From: Prorocentrum cordatum
Taxonomy: Eukaryota
Length of the DNA: 64,000 nucleotides
Reading direction: 5' to 3'
Assembly: GCA_963575745.1 (NCBI GenBank)
Contig: CAUYUJ010000294.1
Coordinates: 1 to 64,000, forward strand
Shown here: in pieces, positions 58,701 through 64,000 of the stretch
Numbering within the stretch: position 1 is the first letter of the stretch
Layout: each line of letters starts with the position of its first letter
Notes under the pieces: generated by a model
Database searches by the model: none
Seen by the model: the letters and a program-made list of their open reading frames with translations, nothing else
What the model was told of the DNA's origin: nothing
Translations under genes and position numbers: made by a program

Positions 58701-61700
58701 CGTCGTCGTCCTCCTCCTCGTCCTACTCCTCATCCTCCTCGTATTCCTCGTCTTCCTCCTGCTCCAGCTCCTCCTCATCGTCCTCGTCTAGGACCTCGTC
58801 CTCGTTTCTCCTCTTCTCCTGCTGCTCCTCCTCCTTCTCCAGGCACCTCGGCGGCCGAGAATAAAACCGTCTCCGATCGGTTGCACCATAGGTTCCCCCC
58901 CCTTGACCGAGACTAAAACCGTTTCCTATCGGTTGCGCCATAGGTTGCGCCGTCGGCGGCGGAGAATAAAACCATCTGCTATCCGTTGCGCCATAGCTTG
59001 CGCCCTCGGCGGCCGAGATAAAAACCGTCCCCCATCGGTTGCGCCACATAGTTTGCGCCCTGGGCAGCCGAGCATAAAACTGTCGCGTAATCGGTGCGAC
59101 CAGTCGGTTCACTTCAGTTCAGTTCAACCCAGCACAGCTCAGTTCAGCTCAGCCACTTAACCTCGCAATAAACAAGTTCAGGCTACGCCAGGAAACAACC
59201 TGTTGGTGCCCCGCGCGGATTTCTTGCATCTGTGCTGGGCCCCGGCGCGCGGACCGCGGAGGCCTCGTCTGGATTCCCGTAGCTCCGCACCCCGCAGGAG
59301 CTCCCCAGAAACTCACGAGGACGGCAGCAAGTCTTGACAGCTGGGCAGTTGGCAGCCCAGAGAAGAGTGAGGGAGCGAATGTGAGAAATAAGCGAAGATG
59401 AAGCGCTGAAATGCCAATAGGGAAACGAGAAGGGAGGGAACGAGGGATGAGAGGACGGGACAGAAGGGGCATCAGTTCTCAATTCCAAACAAGTTTTCAC
59501 CCTAAGTGAGGGTTGGGAAAAGGAACCTTTCGAAATCCAACGAAACATTAGCAACACGACACGCGGGATAAACGAGCGCAGACCCGGCGTGATCAACGTG
59601 ATATAAGAGAGCAGTTCCCATCATGAGTAAATGTAGGGAGGAGTACAGTGGAGGCCAGTCCACAAGAAACCTTTCACAAGAAACCCAACCCTGAGACCCC
59701 AGGACGTCCATTGATGTTCGGTGTGGGAACGTCGCACTTTCCATGGCAAAACCATCGAAACCCAAGAAATCTGGGGCACCCTGGAGGCAAGCAGGGTGTT
59801 TCTTGGCATGGGCCCCCACTGTAAGCACGGAGGAGAGAAATGGAGGGGGGAGAGGAAGCGATTCAGAGAAACATTCAGGCGGATATTGGGACGAGGGAAG
59901 GCGTAACAGGGAAGGGGGTGCGAGGAGATGGCAGGGTGGGGGAGGGGGAGAGGGGGAAGGTCGTGGACGATGGGAGGACTTCGGGGAGGAGGGGGAGTGG
60001 GCGAGGAAGAGGGAGGAGGGCTGAGGGGGTTGATGTGGAGGAAGACGAGGAAGCGGTGGAGAGCCCGACCATTACCAGCGCCACCAAGCCTGCGATCGAG
60101 GGGCTCAGGATGCTCATGGTGACCGCCACGGTTGCGACCAGCGACTCGCAGGTGGAGACCACGGGGTTGAGGCACCCCCCTGATTGCCATCAAGAAGAGG
60201 CGTCCCGAGGAAAGCGGGTTCTGGACCCCAGGACTTTGCCCCAAATCGTTCCAAGATGGTGTTTCACCCCGAAGTGTTACGGCATCAGAGGGGGCAGGAA
60301 AAGCCATGCTCAACATCGCAAAAACATCGGGACCGCTTGCCTTGAGGACAACTTCCCGGACCGAAGCCCTTGCGGTTAGTATAAAACATGTCCATAAACT
60401 ATCAAACAATAATGGAAACATCGTCCGCCGACTATTGTTTGACTCTTCTCGACTATGTCGGGCATGTCCTCCTACAAGGGGATCGGGCGAAACCTAAAAA
60501 TAGCAAACAAGCATAGCCAATAACTACCATCAAACAAGAATAGGAACATCGTCCCCAGACTAATTCTTTTGGACTGTTCTTGAAAATATCCCTCCAGCAG
60601 TAGGACAGGCCCGACGTAATTGATGGGCCTGTTGTCCACCACCACCACCGCCATAAGTTGGAGGGGGGAAGGAGGTGGAGGCGGAGGAGGAGGAGGAGCA
60701 GGAGGAGAAGGAGGAGCAGGAGGAGGAGGAGGAGGACCCCCTCCCCCTCCAACTTCTCGCGGTGGTGGTGGTGGACAACAGGCCCATCAGCAATTCCTCT
60801 CCACGGCGGCCCGAGCTGCTGCCCAGGGTCGCCCGGAACATGGTCTTCTGCACGTGCACGCCGCCAGCCAGGGCGGCTCCCGCGGCCGCCATGGGCACCC
60901 TCGCGAGCGACCCGCCGCAGAAGGCGGGCGCCACGGCCAGGGCGCCGCCCGCCACCGGGTGCGCGGGTACCAGGACGGCCAGGTGCTCGCTAACTGGGGG
61001 CCTTCCCGGAGCCGCTCGCTGCGCGGAGGCGTCGGCGCTGCGTCGATAACGTCCGTCGACGGAGTCGAGCCTGGGTCGAGCGGATCCCTCGGGTGGGCGC
61101 CAGGAAGATCCCCGGGACGAGCACCCGAGAATCTAGCGGGCGAAGAAGCAGTATACCATGAACGGTTCCGCCGCCTGGGACGTCTGTCCCGGTGCGGCTG
61201 GAAAGCTTACACCCTCGCGTGACACCGCAGGGGTCGAAAGTCTCCGGCCGCCCTGGGGCGAGCGTCCCCGCGACGGCGAAAGCGTTCCTGCTATGCCGCT
61301 CTTCGCCTGCCGAGGAATGGCGTGCAGGGCGTGGTCGACCGCGGGGATCTGGTCGGCCAGTCCGCCGGCCACCTTGCGGGGCCGTCAGGCTGCGAGGCTC
61401 AGGCCTGCTGCTCCCTGCGCCAATTCCAGTTTCCGGTCTCCATTGTTACAGTACTGCTTTCTGCTTCCTGCTGGAAATTGCTCCTGCTTCCCGGCAAAGC
61501 CAAAGCCAAAGCCTCATGCCTTCGCTCTTCCACGGTCCATTCTCCGAGAGGAGGCGGATGGCGGCAGGGGGCGAAGCCCTTGCGGATATCTCAAGCACCA
61601 AGGGCGGAAGAGAAGAGAGCGGCAGGAGCGCCAATGCTTCGGAGGGCCACCCGGCTTTGCGCGCATCGAGCCCCGTGGTGCCCCGCAGCGCGCGACGCCG

Positions 61701-62846
61701 CGGCGCTCTCCGCGCCCCCGCGCGGCCGCCTGGGAGCAGGTTGGACGAGGATGGTGTCACGACAGTCGGCAGCGAGCGAAGGGGGGGGGAGTGTGAATTG
61801 AGCAGGGACCGACCGTCTCGGCAGTCCTACAGGCATACCACGAGATGCTCTTAGAACCCCAGCATGTTCTAGGAACAACAGCAGCGTTCTTAGAACATGA
61901 GACCGGTGTGTCCAAACAAGACAGTCCATGGCAGAAATGTTCCAAGAACAGTTCGTGCAGACCACAGAAGGTTCTTAGAACATTGCTTTGTAGGCCGATA
62001 GGCACGCCAGGACGCTTCGCCACTGCTTGAGAGAAGGGGCGGGCTTTCTCAGAAGGCTAGGAAGCCCCCCGGCCTCCTGAAACGTGTTCTAAGCCTGCCC
62101 CGAAGACACAGAAGAACCTCTCGGAAGGCCAGAGGGCTTCCGAGAAGTCCCGCCGCACTCCGAGCAGGCCGTCTCCTTCGCACTTCCCCCCTCGCTCGCC
62201 GCCGAGTTGGACGAGGATGATGTCATGATCGGATCGGCTCAGGATGATGCGCTTCAGGACTGCACGGGTGCCTGGCGGCGCTCGTCTCTGGAGCCCGCGC
62301 GGAGCCGTTGGGCATCTGAGAGGCCCTGGAGATCCTGGGAGCCCTTCGGCATACCATTCTCAGGACCCCTTGCTCCTCTGAGCTGGGCAGCTGCTCCGCC
62401 CCGGGCCCCGACGAGCGAACCGGGACTGTCTTGGCGCCCCTGCGGGTGGCCTGTGGGCTCTGCGTGGCATTCTCGGGTGGGCGCTGGACCCCCCCTCCCG
62501 AGCGGCGCGAGGCGCGCCTCAGGGGCCCTTCTTTCGACGATGTGATGCTCGTGCCGCTGCCCGCTCTTCCGATGAAGAGCCCCATGAGCATGCAGACCTC
62601 GGGGCGCGCCAGCCAGGCAAACTCCGGGGACAGCGGGTACGCCGCCGCGTCCAGCTGGTGGAAGAGGCTCAGCAGGAACGCGGGCATCGTGGCGCGGATG
62701 CCAGCCCCGCCGCTCAGCACAGCCGCCACCGCGAAATGGTGGAAACTGCACAGCGATGCTGTGCCCGGAGCATCCGGACCTCCAGCGCCCGCAGACGCAG
62801 CGGCTTGCCACGGCTCGTCGGCGAACTCGAACCCGGACGCGGGCAT
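44378..62846 (-). CDS. DUF4126-like multi-TM domain plus C-terminal J-domain protein (~396 aa); exons 62571-62846, 61322-61372, 60811-60979, 60070-60179, 57886-58023, 57349-57399, 51037-51081, 50655-50781, 46123-46216, 44378-44507
   Basis: ATG at 62846 in GCC-ATG context. The N-terminal half reads AVAAVLSGGAGIRATMPAFLLSL...FAWLARPEVCMLMGLFI-VAGGLADQIPAVDHALH-AVLVPAHPVAGG...KTMFRA...GCLNPVVSTCES, matching the DUF4126 motifs (aGlr..lp, WL..P, aDKiP.vD, npvvS..E). The C-terminus EVERIL...VLGGG...RRREFRRLLLLLHPDK is a J-domain with HPD. The two small linker exons are tentative, and some junctions are non-canonical. Confidence 0.7.
46123..46216 (-). CDS. DUF4126-J gene exon, J-domain N-terminal part (SQAEAAFEVERILVCPDLGAVLGGGSLHQR)
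   Basis: Long polypyrimidine tract plus CAG|G acceptor (alternative acceptor at 46208); AAG|GC donor; in phase with the last exon. Confidence 0.8.
48530..49830. repeat. (GAC)n/(GAT)n island with interspersed short repeated spacers
   Basis: Seen directly; spacers of the form CACTGCGGATGCTCYATGGGGG recur. Confidence 0.9.
50655..50781 (-). CDS. DUF4126-J gene linker exon (GAALLDRAPSAPPWETHGPSPELRRLLAAASAEAEDGAGEYA)
   Basis: GAG|G acceptor, CAG|GC donor, GC3-rich; in phase with the 46216 acceptor. Confidence 0.65.
53460..54510. repeat. (CCT)n/(ATC)n microsatellite island
   Basis: Seen directly. Confidence 0.95.
57886..58023 (-). CDS. DUF4126-J gene exon 5 (VGLCVCAVCGVLRLFQWGDDQPK...YEYAAADPE)
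   Basis: Continues the TM helix of exon 4 through a 12-bp junction repeat; GAG|GA donor. Confidence 0.65.
58300..58480 (+). repeat. Dispersed repeat; copies at ~59640-59820 and ~52130-52300
   Basis: Shared CACAAGAAACCTTYCACAAGAAAYCCAACCCTGAGACCCCAGGACGTCCAT...GTGGGAACGT. Confidence 0.75.
58850..59075 (+). repeat. Four ~52-bp tandem units
   Basis: TAAAACCGT...ATCGGTTGCGCCATAG recurs at ~58861, 58912, 58966 and 59018. Confidence 0.8.
60070..60179 (-). CDS. DUF4126-J gene exon 4 (GCLNPVVSTCESLVATVAVTMSILSPSIAGLVALVM)
   Basis: CAG|G acceptor in phase with exon 3; NPVVS..E motif followed by TM-like segments; GT donor. Confidence 0.8.
60811..60979 (-). CDS. DUF4126-J gene exon 3 (AVLVPAHPVAGGALAVAPAF...KTMFRATLGSSS)
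   Basis: Hydrophobic, GC3-rich, with a GC donor. The acceptor appears to be CTG|G (non-canonical). Confidence 0.75.
61322..61372 (-). CDS. DUF4126-J gene exon 2 (VAGGLADQIPAVDHALH)
   Basis: AAG|G acceptor; ADQIPAVD corresponds to the DUF4126 ADKIP.VD motif. Confidence 0.8.
61799..62030 (+). mobile_element. Dispersed repeat family D (~230 bp); copies at 1-152 (truncated), 44703-44950, 57401-57627
   Basis: Shared start GAGCAGGGACCGACCGT-like, internal TTCTTAGAA motifs and conserved end GGACGCTTCGCCACTGCTTG; short imperfect TIR. Confidence 0.8.
62571..62846 (-). CDS. DUF4126-J gene exon 1
   Basis: MPASGFEFADEPWQ...GGAGIRATMPAFLLSLFHQLDAAAYPLSPEFAWLARPEVCMLMGLFI. The 3' end is either 62571 (GG donor) or 62565 (GC donor). 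Confidence 0.8.
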
Positions 62847-63160
62847 GGCCCGCTGCTGGACTCCTCCCCGCAGGCCCGTTCGGAAGGCCAGAGGCGCCCC
62901 TCGGACAAAATGGCTGAGGATAGGCGAGTGGGTATGGGGTCCAGGACGAGGATGACGACGATGGTGACAGTGACAGCGACACGGATGACGAGGGAGGGCG
63001 GGTGGGGGGACGCAGCAGAAGGAGAAGCACTGGCATAAGACAACCCCCGTCGCTCACGCACCCCTGGCAGGGGGGGAAGACGGGCGAGCACCACCGGGCC
63101 CCCACACGCCCCAGGCAGGCGTGGACTCCTGGTCAGGCTGGCGTGCCAACACCTGAGCTT

Positions 63161-63325
63161 AAGTCGGGCCTGCCCCCCTACAGGCCGACTTGAACGAAAA
63201 ATCAAAAAAATAGTCAAAACATATTCGACCCTACTCAGAAATGGTTTTAAACAATCATATCGTCGGCATAACATGTTTTCTGACTATGCTTGACTCTTCC
63301 TCCTGTAGAAGGACACGCCCGACTT
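63161..63325. mobile_element. MITE family A (~160 bp); other copies at ~4746-4900, 8954-9112, 11957-12120, 12371-12520, 44538-44692, 60457-60616, 63486-63638
   Basis: Imperfect terminal inverted repeats AAGTCGGGCCTGCCCCCCTACAGG ... CCTGTAGAAGGACACGCCCGACTT around an AT-rich core; eight copies in the window. Confidence 0.85.
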
Positions 63326-64000
63326 GAGCCTGGCGTGCCATCTCGAGAGGTCGCCCGGCTCCGCGCCTCCGTGCGCGGGCCCGAGCGGGTTGCCTGCGCG
63401 CCCTCGCAGAGGGCTCCCTGGAGTCCTGGAGAGAATGCCAGCTCGGCGGCCCTGGCCGCGACGCGCCAAACGCGCGGTGATCTTTAGGTCGGGCCTGTCC
63501 CCCTACAGGCCGATTTTGGACCAAAAATCGAAAATAGAGAAATGCCCCAAAATGACCCAAAAATGCGCAACAAAATAGTCCACTAACTATGTTTTGACTG
63601 GTTTTGAAGATTCCCCTGCAGAGGGACAGGCCCGACTTGAGGTTATCTTCGCCCCCCATTGGGAAGCCCGAAGGTACCGACGCTGCTACTCCCCCGACCT
63701 CTCCCGGGGTGCGTTCTGGCCAGAATTCCGAGGCGGTGGCGGCGAGGGCCTCCCAGGAGGCCCCCAAAGAGAGGAAACGGGCGAAGGGTAGAGGTGTGGG
63801 GTGGGTACCTGATCCTCCCCTCCGACACCGCCGGTGCATCGGCGATGTGGCGCGATCCTGCGACCTGGTCGGCGGAGCTCCCCGGGACCTTGGTCCCTGG
63901 GGGCGCGGGGGGGGGGCCCGCGCCCCGTGGGAGAGGCGGCGTGGTCAGCAAGAGGAGCCAGCGCGTGCGGAGCCTGGAGAGCACACACGCAATGGTCATG

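Noticed and set aside
58850..59075. Regularly spaced repeats resembling a CRISPR array
   Set aside because: The repeats are degenerate, the spacers are short and related to each other, there are no cas genes, and the context is eukaryotic. It is a minisatellite.
63808..64000. Possible minus-strand exon ending at ATCAG|GTACC
   Set aside because: Cut by the window edge, reading frame undetermined, and no downstream partner exon found.

Overview
Eukaryotic, GC-rich, repeat-dominated genomic DNA. It is very probably dinoflagellate (Prorocentrum-like): it carries tandem relics of the dinoflagellate spliced leader at 28527-28557, GC and GA donor sites, AG|G acceptors, tiny exons in multi-kb introns, and large (CCT)n/(ATC)n/(GAC)n islands. 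Almost every long ORF in the supplied track is microsatellite or repeat noise. Hand splicing recovers two minus-strand genes. Gene 1 is the 3' part of a SPOC-domain protein: 7 exons, 423 nt spread over 35.5 kb (38226 to 2684), with its 5' end not found. Gene 2 is an apparently complete ~396-aa DUF4126-like membrane domain fused to a C-terminal J-domain (HPDK), in about 10 exons (62846 to 44378). Several of its introns look non-canonical (GG...AG, GC...TG, GT...TG), and most are bounded by short direct repeats. The introns also hold decayed RT/RNase H non-LTR retroelements (one headed by SL relics), many MITE-like families, foldback palindromes and possibly a same-strand nested gene. Between the two genes lies an exact three-unit 1.56-kb tandem array. 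All domain calls come from recognising motifs by eye, not from database searches, and no exon is confirmed by transcript data.
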